The position numbers and the translations under genes were made by a program. DNA of 64,000 bases from Candidatus Altimarinota bacterium. GTDB lineage: Bacteria > Patescibacteriota > Gracilibacteria > CAIRYL01. This document shows, in pieces, positions 40,654 through 50,234 of the stretch. Position 1 is the first letter of the stretch; each line of letters opens with the position of its first letter. The notes under the pieces are model-generated. The model was not told the DNA's origin. It saw only the letters and a program-made list of their open reading frames with translations, and did not search any database. Where the stretch lies: positions 480,001 to 544,000 of the forward strand of contig OZ252287.1 of the NCBI GenBank assembly GCA_965250085.1. The letters are read 5' to 3'.

Positions 40654-41363
40654 GGCTCTTGAGTAGAATAATTACTTCAATTATTCTCTTAACATGCTTA
40701 AACACAGTAAAATATCGAATTATAAGATCAAAAAAATATTGAAGTGTTTTTGTGAAGATCTCAATGCATCAAAAACAGCAAATATTCTAGATCTCAATCG
40801 GAGAACGGTTGATCGATATTTTAATATTTTTAGAGAAAAGATTGCAAAGTTCTCTTTAGCACAGTCAAAGAGTTTTGGAGAATTTGAACTTGATGAAAGT
40901 TACTTTGGAGCAAAGAGAGTGAGAGGAAAGAGAGGAAGAGGAGCCGCAGGAAAGACTCCTGTCTTTGGAATCCTTCAAAGAGAAGGAAGGGTATTTGTTT
41001 CTATTGTAAAAGATTGCTCCAGAAAAGAGCTCCTACCTATTATTCAAGGAAAAATACTAGAAGGATCAACTATTCATACTGATGGATGGAGAGCTTATGA
41101 TGGACTCATTCTCAATGGATATGATCACTATCGTATTCATCACTCAGAAAATGAATTTGCACGAGGAAAATGTCATGTAAATGGTATTGAATCCTTTTGG
41201 TCTTTTGCGAAAAGAAGACTCTCTAAGTTTAACGGAATTGCTTCTCACAAGTTTAACTTTCACCTCAAAGAATGTGAGTGGCGATGGAACTATAAAGATC
41301 AAGATATTTTTGTTATAATGTCCAAAATTATCAGAGATTTTTAAAATCTCCTACTCTAGAGCC
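40654..41363 (+). mobile_element. IS1595-family (IS1016-like) insertion sequence, 710 bp
   Basis: TIRs GGCTCTTGAGTAG / CTACTCTAGAGCC (12/13 match); 8-bp TSD AAAGTATA at 40646-53 and 41364-71. Confidence 0.92.
40694..41344 (+). CDS. IS1595-family DDE transposase
   Basis: ELDESYFG..RGKRGRGA.GKTPVFG, IHTDGW and NGIESFWS motifs. Confidence 0.95.
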   Translation: MLKHSKISNYKIKKILKCFCEDLNASKTANILDLNRRTVDRYFNIFREKIAKFSLAQSKSFGEFELDESYFGAKRVRGKRGRGAAGKTPVFGILQREGRVFVSIVKDCSRKELLPIIQGKILEGSTIHTDGWRAYDGLILNGYDHYRIHHSENEFARGKCHVNGIESFWSFAKRRLSKFNGIASHKFNFHLKECEWRWNYKDQDIFVIMSKIIRDF

Positions 41364-41371
41364 AAAGTATA

Positions 41372-42031
41372 TTAGTTTCGGGAAAGTGAAAGCATAAAGA
41401 TCAGCATGTCCTTAAACAGAAGTATCATATCCAGAAATAGACTCAGTGCCGCATAAATGGGATTGGGATATCGTCCTTTTTTTATGTTTTGAATATCATA
41501 GGCGGCAAATGCAGAAAACAGAATAACTCCAATGGCGGATGAAACCAATTGTACTGTTCCTGAAAACCAAAATATTTGTAAAATCCCTACGATAATAAGC
41601 CCAATGAGTGCCATCAGGAGAAACCCTCCCCATCCAGAAAGATCTTTTTTTGTCGTAAATCCCCACAATGCAGATGCAGCAAACATACAGCCAGAGGCCA
41701 CAAGTGCCTTGAGCACCAACCCTGCTTGTCCAGTCCCTACGGCATACGCCACTACGGGAAACGTGCTAATTCCCATGAGAAGAGCAAAGAGTCCAAACAT
41801 GGGAATTGCCCACCTGCGACTTTCGCTCCATTTGCCTGCGGTAAAAATAATGACAAGAGTAACCGCAAATAAAACCCATAAAAACCACATACCAGTGAAT
41901 TGAAGAATATAACCCGCCACAAAGACTCCAAGGGCACTGATCCCTATTGCGAGTGCAAAATATGCCCAGGTGGCAGAAAGAAAGCTCGGCGTGACCTGAG
42001 TCTGGGAAGGGTATGAAAGAGGATTGTTCAT
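41372..42031 (-). CDS. Bax inhibitor-1/YccA family membrane protein
   Basis: About 7 TM; TTKKDLS, AYDIQ and ALSLFLD motifs. Confidence 0.85.
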   Translation of the reverse strand: MNNPLSYPSQTQVTPSFLSATWAYFALAIGISALGVFVAGYILQFTGMWFLWVLFAVTLVIIFTAGKWSESRRWAIPMFGLFALLMGISTFPVVAYAVGTGQAGLVLKALVASGCMFAASALWGFTTKKDLSGWGGFLLMALIGLIIVGILQIFWFSGTVQLVSSAIGVILFSAFAAYDIQNIKKGRYPNPIYAALSLFLDMILLFKDMLIFMLSLSRN

Positions 42032-42107
42032 AAGAATTGTAATAGAGATATAAGAATTGTAATTTCTTTCAAGAAGAAAATCAAAAATATCATCTCCCAT
42101 AAATTCT

Positions 42108-43484
42108 TTATCCGTTTCGGTTCACAAATCCTTCTGGATCTTTCGGATTGTGTACTGCTGCATGTTTCAGGATCCATGCATTTACTTCAGGATATTTCTC
42201 TTTCAGTTCCTCCACTTGCTCCAGCATCTTCTCCACAAATCCTTCTGGATCTTTCGGATTGTTTACTGCTGCATGTTTCAGGATCCATGCATCTACTTCA
42301 GGATATTTCTCTTTCAGTTCCTCCACTTGCTCCAGCATCTTCTCCACAAATCCTTCTGGATCTTTCGGATTGTGTACTGCTGCATGTTTCAGGATCCCCG
42401 CATCTACTTCAGGATATTTCTCTTTCAGTTCCTCCACTTGCTCCAGCATCTTCTCCACAAATCCTTCTGGATCTTTCGGATTGTGTACTGCTGCATATTT
42501 CAGGATCCATGCATTTACTTCAGGATATTTCTCTTTCAGTTCCTCCACTTGCTCCAGCATCTTCTCCACAAATCCTTCTGGATCTTTCGGATTGTTTACT
42601 GCTGCATGTTTCAGGATCCATGCATCTACTTCAGGATATTTCTCTTTCAGTTCCTCCACTTGCTCCAGCATCTTCTCCACAAATCCTTCTGGATCTTTCG
42701 GATTGTGTACTGCTGCATGTTTCAGGATCCCCGCATCTACTTCAGGATATTTCTCTTTCAGTTCCTCCACTTGCTCCAGCATCTTCTCCACAAATCCTTC
42801 TGGATCTTTCGGATTGTGTACTGCTGCATATTTCAGGATCCATGCATTTACTTCAGGATATTTCTCTTTCAGTTCCTCCACTTGCTCCAGCATCTTCTCC
42901 ACAAATCCTTCTGGATCTTTCGGATTGTTTACTGCTGCATGTTTCAGGATCCATGCATTTACTTCAGGATATTTCTCTTTCAGTTGTTTCATCTTTCCTA
43001 TTGTGAAGGACCGAACATATTTGCCCTGAGGACCGTATCTTTGTGTATGAAGAGCTCCTGTTTGCAAAACTGCCTGTTTGGTTACTTCTGTAACAACAGA
43101 TTCCCAATTGCTTCGTATCTCATGTGCCTCTTCCTCATCTATGTATCCTTTGTTGCTTGCGCGTAAAAAAGCTTTTACCAGAGATCGCAGGGCACTCTGA
43201 ATATGAGCAATTTTTTCCTCTCCGCCAGCCAAACGCAACAAAACATCACGACTATTCAGAAGTTGGTGAACCACTTCTTCTGCTGCATTAATATATTGTT
43301 GATCTAATGAAGAAAATACTCCTTTCGTAAAAACATCCGGCTGACGAAAGTATGCCTGAAACTTTTGGAGCAATACAAAAGAATCTTGTAGACGTATATT
43401 GATGTCATCTTGAGCCTCTTCTTGAGGCTCACATACAGCTGGTGCAGGAAAGGCAAGTGACAATTTTTTTTTAGAATACAACAA
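42108..43484 (-). CDS. Protein with eight 37-aa tandem helical repeats
   Basis: Unit EQVEELKEKYPEV[N/D]A[W/G]ILK[H/Y]AAV[N/H]NPKDPEGFVEKML. Confidence 0.75.
   Translation of the reverse strand: MLYSKKKLSLAFPAPAVCEPQEEAQDDINIRLQDSFVLLQKFQAYFRQPDVFTKGVFSSLDQQYINAAEEVVHQLLNSRDVLLRLAGGEEKIAHIQSALRSLVKAFLRASNKGYIDEEEAHEIRSNWESVVTEVTKQAVLQTGALHTQRYGPQGKYVRSFTIGKMKQLKEKYPEVNAWILKHAAVNNPKDPEGFVEKMLEQVEELKEKYPEVNAWILKYAAVHNPKDPEGFVEKMLEQVEELKEKYPEVDAGILKHAAVHNPKDPEGFVEKMLEQVEELKEKYPEVDAWILKHAAVNNPKDPEGFVEKMLEQVEELKEKYPEVNAWILKYAAVHNPKDPEGFVEKMLEQVEELKEKYPEVDAGILKHAAVHNPKDPEGFVEKMLEQVEELKEKYPEVDAWILKHAAVNNPKDPEGFVEKMLEQVEELKEKYPEVNAWILKHAAVHNPKDPEGFVNRNG
42123..42985. repeat. 111-bp coding tandem repeat, about 7.8 copies, with 333-bp higher-order periodicity
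   Basis: CACAAATCC recurs at 42123, 42234 and onward every 111 bp. Confidence 0.95.
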
Positions 43485-43602
43485 AGAGGTGCTATTTAAT
43501 ACAAAATTCTAGAGAATGTCAAGCAAAATCCCGACATATCTCTATTTTTTGATTTCTACCACATGAAGCCCCTTCATATAAAGAACAATTAAAGAACAAT
43601 GT

Positions 43603-43881
43603 CTATGCCGTAACCACATGCACAAAAATATCTTTATGCCTCTGCCCATTAAATTTCTGTATCCGCTTTTCGGTAAACTTGACCACTCCGTCGGTCAGAG
43701 CAAAGAGAGTATAGTCTTTTCCACATCCGACGTTCTCACCAGAAAAATACTTGCTTCCCCGTTGTCTCAGGATAATATTTCCCGCTCTGACATTCTGTCC
43801 ACCAAACTTTTTGACTCCAAGTCGTTTGGCATTTGAATCTCGACCATTTGCCGTTGAACCTCCCGCTTTCTTGTGCGCCAT
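43603..43881 (-). CDS. rpmA: 50S ribosomal protein L27
   Basis: [21 protein letters not shown]. Confidence 0.98.
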   Translation of the reverse strand: MAHKKAGGSTANGRDSNAKRLGVKKFGGQNVRAGNIILRQRGSKYFSGENVGCGKDYTLFALTDGVVKFTEKRIQKFNGQRHKDIFVHVVTA

Positions 43882-43942
43882 GATTATGAGAAAAAAGCTG
43901 ACGAATTGTATGGATCTGGAGAAAAGAAGTCAAGAAAATATA

Positions 43943-44875
43943 CTAGTCTTCCAGGGCAATGTTGAGAAATATGTTTTCTCCATATACTTCAAATGTAACA
44001 TTGAGAAGAGATTTTTTTTTGCCGCTCCGTGCCGTTCTCAAAAATTCTAGAATCTCAAAAATTTGATCTGAACCCGGTGTTTGAGGAGCAAATATTGTTC
44101 GAAGTATTTCTGATTGGAGAAATATCGGAAAAGCGAAAAATTCTTCCCGAGAAAATTCCTGAGGAATACCATCAGAAGAATGATCCTTCCCAAAGCTTTG
44201 GAGTATTCTTTCTATAACTTCAGAAAGAAATTGGTCAAATGAAGCAAAAAGTTCTGCATTACGAAGAAGAGATTTTTTGAAATGCGGGAATCTTTCTTTG
44301 AGAAGTGGCGAGACCTTGAGTCTCAAAAAATTGCGGTCAAATACTTTGTCATCGGCATTCGTACTGTCTTCATGAAATGATATATTTTGTTTGTGAAGGA
44401 ACTGGAGTACTTCTTTTTTTGAAATGCTCAGAAGTGGCCGAAATATTTTTCGCTCTTCATCCCATTTCTTCATACCTCTGAGCCCTTTTACCCCCGTCCC
44501 TCTCAAAAATTGAAACAAGATTGTTTCCATTTGATCATCGGTATGATGTGCCAGCAAAATTGCTTTGGCATCATGTTTTTTTCGAATAGATTCTAAAAAT
44601 TCATATCGTGCTGTTCGTGCCTTTTCTTCACTTTTTTCAGGATGTTTCCAGGATGCCGTTTCAAATACATATCGCCACTCCTCTGCTTTTTTGCGACAGA
44701 ATCTCTGATCTCTGAGCGACTCTTCCCCGCGAAGCTCATGATTAAAGTGAGCAATTACGATTTTTTTAAATTTTTTCTGAAAAAGTGTTTCTCCCAAAAA
44801 TACTGAATCTGCTCCTCCAGAAAGAGCAAGAATCAAAATATCATTTGGCTCAAATGGTGAAAAATCTACATTCAT
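43943..44875 (-). CDS. tilS: tRNA(Ile)-lysidine synthase
   Basis: ALSGGADS, HFNHELRG, AHHTDDQ.ET and RPLL motifs. Confidence 0.92.
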   Translation of the reverse strand: MNVDFSPFEPNDILILALSGGADSVFLGETLFQKKFKKIVIAHFNHELRGEESLRDQRFCRKKAEEWRYVFETASWKHPEKSEEKARTARYEFLESIRKKHDAKAILLAHHTDDQMETILFQFLRGTGVKGLRGMKKWDEERKIFRPLLSISKKEVLQFLHKQNISFHEDSTNADDKVFDRNFLRLKVSPLLKERFPHFKKSLLRNAELFASFDQFLSEVIERILQSFGKDHSSDGIPQEFSREEFFAFPIFLQSEILRTIFAPQTPGSDQIFEILEFLRTARSGKKKSLLNVTFEVYGENIFLNIALED

Positions 44876-45064
44876 GCACCCCATTAAACCCCCTTTAGTC
44901 CCCCTTTTCAAGGGGGAAAGAAAATAACTCCTCCCTTGGAAAGGGAGATTGGATGGGTTTTTGTTTTCACAACTTGTGATTTAAAATTTTCCTGCCCTGT
45001 CTTCGACTCCGAGGTCGCTCAGACTCGAGGAGAGCTTGTCGAATGGGTAATTCATAATTCTCTT

Positions 45065-46015
45065 CTACACGTATCTCTTTTGTTTGACTTCCTGTTCATG
45101 TATCTCTACAAGCCCTGTATGCCTGAGCCCCCAGAAAAAGAGGGAGACCAAAAGCCCTATCAAAAGCGCAAAAAGTCCAATAAAAGGAAGCAGTGCCAGA
45201 AGAAAGATTACTGCCAAAACAGTATTGAGATCTACTTTTTCATATAGTGTGCTCGCTACGTTTTGGAGCACTCCTTTGACCTGTTTTTCCACTTGTTCAG
45301 AAGTAAGTTTTGGAATAGGAGTGTTTGACGATTGATCTGTTTGCAGATTGAGTTCTTCTTGTATTCGCTGAGTTGTCTCTTGTATACACTCTGTGCTTTC
45401 TCCACAAATATCAGCAACTTTATCTTGTATTTGTTCTTCAGAAAATTCAATTTGAGTGTCATCAAGAGAGATTTTTATAGCTGAGTTTGCAAATGAAGCT
45501 ACTGTGTCTATTCCCGGCAAAGAAGCATCTTCAAGTGCATTGAGCTGCTCTGTAATTTTTTCCTGAACTTTCTCCGTTGGAAGTCCCATATAAATACCAA
45601 ATGCAAGTCCGAGTATCATAAAAAGATAGAATAATTTTATCCCCGGAATTGTTGCTGGAAAAAATGACGTTCGTACCTGATTATCTGCCTTTGCTCGTAC
45701 TGAAAGAAAGAGCACTGAGAATGCAAATCCAAATAAAAGATATGTTGGGAGGAGTATGTCATTATGTCTCAAGAGACCAATAAGTAAAAACAGGAGTGGC
45801 CACACAAAAGCAAAATATCTTTGGCTTGGAATCATCCCCAGAGTAATTGTGAACACCAGTGCAAGCAGAAAAAATACCGGTGCAAATGGTTCCATTCCTT
45901 CCGCCCAAAAAATTGAAACCGCACCTAGTATAATACTCAAAACAGAAAGCGACAAAAGTGCTGCATGCCGCATGGAAAATGGAGATACTTTTTGTGACTC
46001 TTTCTCTTTTGACAT
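45065..46015 (-). CDS. Hypothetical multi-TM membrane protein
   Basis: 316-aa ORF with several hydrophobic segments. Confidence 0.7.
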   Translation of the reverse strand: MSKEKESQKVSPFSMRHAALLSLSVLSIILGAVSIFWAEGMEPFAPVFFLLALVFTITLGMIPSQRYFAFVWPLLFLLIGLLRHNDILLPTYLLFGFAFSVLFLSVRAKADNQVRTSFFPATIPGIKLFYLFMILGLAFGIYMGLPTEKVQEKITEQLNALEDASLPGIDTVASFANSAIKISLDDTQIEFSEEQIQDKVADICGESTECIQETTQRIQEELNLQTDQSSNTPIPKLTSEQVEKQVKGVLQNVASTLYEKVDLNTVLAVIFLLALLPFIGLFALLIGLLVSLFFWGLRHTGLVEIHEQEVKQKRYV

Positions 46016-46147
46016 AATAATTCTGGGAAAAAACCAGCACGTATTGTGCCCATTTCAAATAAGAAAGTAAACTTATTGACAATATGTAAAAAAAGTATAC
46101 TATATTTAATGTATTGTTAATGTATTTTAGTTCTCTTAATATTTTTT

Positions 46148-46546
46148 ATGAACAACTTGTCTGAAGGAGTAGCCAAAAATCCAGCGAATGCCAGTGGCAT
46201 GCCGCCCAATTCCGTCAAAATAGTCTGTGTGCAGGGATTCCAAGAGGACGTAAGAGGTGCTCTCGACAGAAATTCCGCATTTGGGGTAACTCTGAATGGA
46301 AACACAATCTTCTTAAAAAATTCTTTGTGTGCAGAAACAAATGATAATGGGGAGGGGAGTATCCAAGTGTCCCAGAAAAAACTGCCTCTAGGCTCTCACA
46401 AAACTCGCACTCGTCTTGCCGTCACGCTCGTTGTTGGTGCAGATACTATTAGACCATTGGGATACGTGCCCTTCGGTGCAATTGAAGAAATTGTGGAAAC
46501 GAATGATCAAGGTTCTGAAAGAATGTGGAATATCCCGGGCTCTTAA
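46148..46546 (+). CDS. Hypothetical protein
   Basis: 132-aa ORF; TTGACA at 46076 with a TACTAT-like -10 downstream. Confidence 0.5.
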   Translation: MNNLSEGVAKNPANASGMPPNSVKIVCVQGFQEDVRGALDRNSAFGVTLNGNTIFLKNSLCAETNDNGEGSIQVSQKKLPLGSHKTRTRLAVTLVVGADTIRPLGYVPFGAIEEIVETNDQGSERMWNIPGS

Positions 46547-46570
46547 GGGTCTTAAGAGGTTGTATGGCAT

Positions 46571-48349
46571 TTATCTCCCATGCTCTCGCTCCATTTGATC
46601 ATATGAAATGTACATCCATACTGGCCTGCCATGGGCACAGGCTTGGCTGGTTTCACATGCTCGAAGATCTACCAGCAATTGTTCCATTTCTGGTAACGTG
46701 AGCTTGTCGCCAAACTTGACAGCACCACGACACGCTGCAAATGTGGCGATCCTCTCCGCAGGAGAAAGTACGGCTTTTGGGTCACTCGAATCATATCCTT
46801 CCAAATCATGAAGCAGATTTTTGAGGTTTTCAGTAAAATCTGTCTTTTCGGTACCGCTGGGTACTGCGAAGAGACTCATTTCATGATTGCTAAATTCTTC
46901 GATTTCAAATCCAAAGCTTTTCAATATCTCTCGATACTCTTCTAAAACTTGTTTTTCTGCCGGAGAAACTTCTATTATTTGAGGGAGTAAAAGTCTTTGT
47001 GATTGAGGTGTTTTTTCTTTTAAATTTTTCATAAGTATTTCATATCGCACTCGCTCATGTGCTGCATGCTGATCAATGATCATAAGCCCCTCTTCTTGCT
47101 CCACAAGGAGAAATGAGTTTCGAATTTGTCCAATGACACGACCATCCTCTATCACATCATTTTTACCTTTTGAAAAAGACGAAGGTTGCACAGAAGCTGG
47201 AGCCGAAGGAGCGCTTCCTAAAGAATTTGGTATTGATTTTGAGAATGAAAATTTTTCTTGTGGAGGGATCTGTTGCAAAGAAGTTTTCAGGAAAGATTTT
47301 TCTGAAGATCGTAGCGTCCACTTCTGTTCTTCATTTCTTTGTGTAACATCTGTTTCTTCTTTGAAGGCACTCTGAATCGCCCCTTTTACCGCTCTAAAAA
47401 CTTCTCGTTCCTGCAAGAACTTCACCTCGCTTTTGCGCGGATGCACGTTGACATCCACGAGATCTGGAGCGATATCGAGAAAAAGAAATACATCTGGATA
47501 AAATCCTTTGGGTACCAAGCTTTCATACGCTTGGCTTATTGCCGCAAAAATCATACGATCAGAAACGGGTCTTTTGTTGACAAATATTTTTTGGTTTTTA
47601 CGATTTCTTCTGTGAATATGCGGGTGAGAAGCATATCCAGAAATACTGAGATCTTTTCCTAAAAATTGAATCGGCGATACATTCTCTACTCCTGTATTGC
47701 CAAAAATATCCTGTATACGTTGAAGAAGTGCTGTATCGCCTTTTCGCACTGGTGTGTCCAGTACCATACGATCATCCAATGTTAATCGAAATCCGATTGA
47801 GGGATGAGCGAGGGCAAGGTCTTGCACGATGTTCGTCACATGTGCACTTTCTGTTTTCTCTGTTTTGAGAAATTTTTTTCGTGCTGGAACGTTATAAAAC
47901 AAGTCCTGAACTATGACTTCAGTTCCATCAGGAGCACCTATATTTGAAACTTCTGCATTGTGAGCAGTGATTTGTATTGCAGAATCCCCTTCTTTTTGCT
48001 TCGTCGTCAGGAGAAGCTTTGAAATTGATGCAATAGATGCCAGTGCTTCTCCTCGAAACCCAAAAGAATGGAGATCAAATAAATCATCCGCTGTAAATAT
48101 TTTGCTCGTGGCATACCGTTTGAGTGCCATGAGCGCATCTTCCTCTGTCATGCCACTCCCATTATCTCTCACACGTATTGACTGCGTGCCTCCTGCAAAA
48201 ATAGCAATGTCAATTTGTGTTGCTTTCGCATCAATTGCATTTTCTATGAGTTCCTTGATCACACTTGCTGGACGTTCTACTACCTCTCCTGCGGCAATTT
48301 GATTTCTGAGTGATTCCGATAAAACACGAATAGACCCCATTTTGGACAT
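46571..48349 (-). CDS. mutL: DNA mismatch repair endonuclease MutL
   Basis: IAAGEVVERP, GFRGEAL, DQHAAHER and CAHGRP motifs. Confidence 0.97.
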   Translation of the reverse strand: MSKMGSIRVLSESLRNQIAAGEVVERPASVIKELIENAIDAKATQIDIAIFAGGTQSIRVRDNGSGMTEEDALMALKRYATSKIFTADDLFDLHSFGFRGEALASIASISKLLLTTKQKEGDSAIQITAHNAEVSNIGAPDGTEVIVQDLFYNVPARKKFLKTEKTESAHVTNIVQDLALAHPSIGFRLTLDDRMVLDTPVRKGDTALLQRIQDIFGNTGVENVSPIQFLGKDLSISGYASHPHIHRRNRKNQKIFVNKRPVSDRMIFAAISQAYESLVPKGFYPDVFLFLDIAPDLVDVNVHPRKSEVKFLQEREVFRAVKGAIQSAFKEETDVTQRNEEQKWTLRSSEKSFLKTSLQQIPPQEKFSFSKSIPNSLGSAPSAPASVQPSSFSKGKNDVIEDGRVIGQIRNSFLLVEQEEGLMIIDQHAAHERVRYEILMKNLKEKTPQSQRLLLPQIIEVSPAEKQVLEEYREILKSFGFEIEEFSNHEMSLFAVPSGTEKTDFTENLKNLLHDLEGYDSSDPKAVLSPAERIATFAACRGAVKFGDKLTLPEMEQLLVDLRACETSQACAHGRPVWMYISYDQMEREHGR

Positions 48350-48469
48350 GAGTAAAGTAAAGAGATTTTGACAGAAGAAAAGAAAAAATAAAAGACAAGA
48401 AATTGCTGAAAAATTGAAAAATCCTGAAAACAGGACTAGACTTCGTCGTGAATATTTCTCAAAAAAAAC

Positions 48470-48988
48470 ATGCAATCGTCACTCCGTCTGCAATATATTT
48501 TTACATTCCTCATAATGCCACTTGTGATTATGGGATGTGTTCATAAAAAAACAGATCTCGCATCTGATGGTGCTCCTCCAGATACACAAATATTAGCAGA
48601 TGATCCTGCTGTAGAGGACATTAAGGAAGGTCAACAAAATCAAAAATATGTGCAAGAAGCTACCAAAATAAGGATGCCTGATCTTTGCAATCAAATCACT
48701 GATGAAGGACTCAAGCAAGACTGTATCAACTCTATAATAGTGGCAGAAGCTGCCAAAAATAATGATCCGGAACTTTGCGACAATATACCTACCAAAGATG
48801 AGGTACAGCGCTGCGTGGATAATATTCTCTTTAACGAAGCAGGAGTGGCCTTGGACGAAAGCGTTTGTGATCAAATCAGCGATAGTGAACAAGGAGAGAT
48901 GTGCAAACAGAATGTTACTGCTATGAAAGAGATGCTCGCAGAAGAAGAAAGAGTTGAAGAAGTGGGAGAAGAAGAAAGTGAATTATAA
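48470..48988 (+). CDS. Cys-repeat lipoprotein
   Basis: IMGC lipobox; three C..I...C repeat units. Confidence 0.7.
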   Translation: MQSSLRLQYIFTFLIMPLVIMGCVHKKTDLASDGAPPDTQILADDPAVEDIKEGQQNQKYVQEATKIRMPDLCNQITDEGLKQDCINSIIVAEAAKNNDPELCDNIPTKDEVQRCVDNILFNEAGVALDESVCDQISDSEQGEMCKQNVTAMKEMLAEEERVEEVGEEESEL

Positions 48989-49009
48989 TTTTCTGAAAAT
49001 TTTTTTTAG

Positions 49010-49546
49010 ATGCACCAAGAAGTAGAAGCCAAAGCATGGATATACACCTCTGAAGAAGAGATACGCATTCTGGATTTTTTGAAAAAAAGTGGAAAATACA
49101 AAGGAAGAGTTATTAAAAATGATACTTACTTTGCAAGGCCGGGTTCAGAGGTTTTTGAGTTTCGTCTCCGTGAAAAAAATGGAATATTTTTTGTAAATCA
49201 AAAAAATCACAAGCTCGTGGGCAAGTTGGAGCAAAATGAAGAGCTTGAATTTGAAATATCAGATGGCAAAGCCTTTGAAGAACTCACTCAAAAGCTGGGA
49301 TATGTGGTGTTTCTCAAAAAAGAAAAACGAAATGAAGTGTATGAATTGGGAAAAAACTTTATTGCTGAGCTCGTGGAAGTACCAACTTTAGGAAAATTCC
49401 TCGAGATAGAAATCATCTGTGAATTCAAAGAAGAAATTCCTGAAGCGCGAAAAAAAATTGAAGGCATTTTTGAGAAACTTGATCTTACAAAAAACATTGA
49501 AAAGAAGCAGTATTCGGTACTACTGAAGACTATTAATAAGTCCTAA
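49010..49546 (+). CDS. cyaB: CYTH-family (class IV adenylate cyclase-like) protein
   Basis: EVEAK (ExExK), DTYF, FRLR and LG.FLEIE motifs. Confidence 0.85.
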   Translation: MHQEVEAKAWIYTSEEEIRILDFLKKSGKYKGRVIKNDTYFARPGSEVFEFRLREKNGIFFVNQKNHKLVGKLEQNEELEFEISDGKAFEELTQKLGYVVFLKKEKRNEVYELGKNFIAELVEVPTLGKFLEIEIICEFKEEIPEARKKIEGIFEKLDLTKNIEKKQYSVLLKTINKS

Positions 49547-49867
49547 AAGCATCTTTGAAACTTCTTCACATTTACTATAGAAGTATTGGAATTTTTTCTG
49601 AGAGATATGTTTTTCATCTGTAATTATTTCAAATAGGGAAACACACTCATATACTGAACCTCTGGATATGAAATAAAAGTTCCTTTTATCTGGTTTGGAA
49701 AATTTTCCACTCCCTTCAGCAATATTTATAACAATACTAATAGAAGCTCTTTTGAGTTGATCTCTGACGTATGAATCAATGCTTTTATTATCTCTCAAAA
49801 ATCTGAGGATTTCTTTGTTCAGTTCTTTTGCTTTTTTGTATACCTCAAGGTTTTCAAAATCAAACAT
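49520..49867 (-). CDS. Four helix bundle protein
   Basis: FENLEVYKKA..DQLKRASISIVINIAEG..ISRGS..E signature. Confidence 0.9.
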   Translation of the reverse strand: MFDFENLEVYKKAKELNKEILRFLRDNKSIDSYVRDQLKRASISIVINIAEGSGKFSKPDKRNFYFISRGSVYECVSLFEIITDEKHISQKKFQYFYSKCEEVSKMLLGLINSLQ

Positions 49868-49871
49868 GGGG

Positions 49872-49958
49872 AAGTAGTTAGTGTGAGTCGTTTGTAGTTA
49901 GGGAGAAATTTGTGTCTCTTTTATTTTCTACATACTAACCACTAATTACAAACTACTG
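49872..49958. repeat. Inverted repeat hairpin between tRNA-Thr and the four-helix-bundle gene
   Basis: AGTAGTTAGTG..TTTGTAGTTAG versus CTAACCACTAATTACAAACTACT. Confidence 0.65.
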
Positions 49959-49980
49959 AAATTTTTATGACAAAAATTTC

Positions 49981-50056
49981 TGGAGCCACCGAGCGGATTC
50001 GAACCGCTGACCTACGCGTTACGAGTGCGTTGCTCTACCAACTGAGCTACGGTGGC
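49981..50056 (-). tRNA. tRNA-Thr (CGT)
   Basis: Cloverleaf GCCACCG..CT-CGT-AA..TTCGAAT..CCA. Confidence 0.95.
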
Positions 50057-50234
50057 GAAACAAGTGAAAAGTAAAAAGTTTTTTTCTGCTCCCCCTTGAA
50101 AAGGGGGATACAGGGGGTTTCTTTGTGATTGTAAACCCACCTAGCCTCCCTTTTCAAGGGAGGAACACGCATTTCTTCTTTGAATTTAATGTTCATATCT
50201 ATAAAATGCACGAACGTACATTTCTTCGTATCTC

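Noticed and set aside
42123-42985. Possible CRISPR array
   Set aside because: Units are contiguous 111-bp in-frame coding repeats with no unique spacers, and no cas genes are nearby
42148-43166. Three long plus-strand ORFs
   Set aside because: Shadows of a stop-free repeat unit; only the minus frame has a unique N-terminus and protein-like composition
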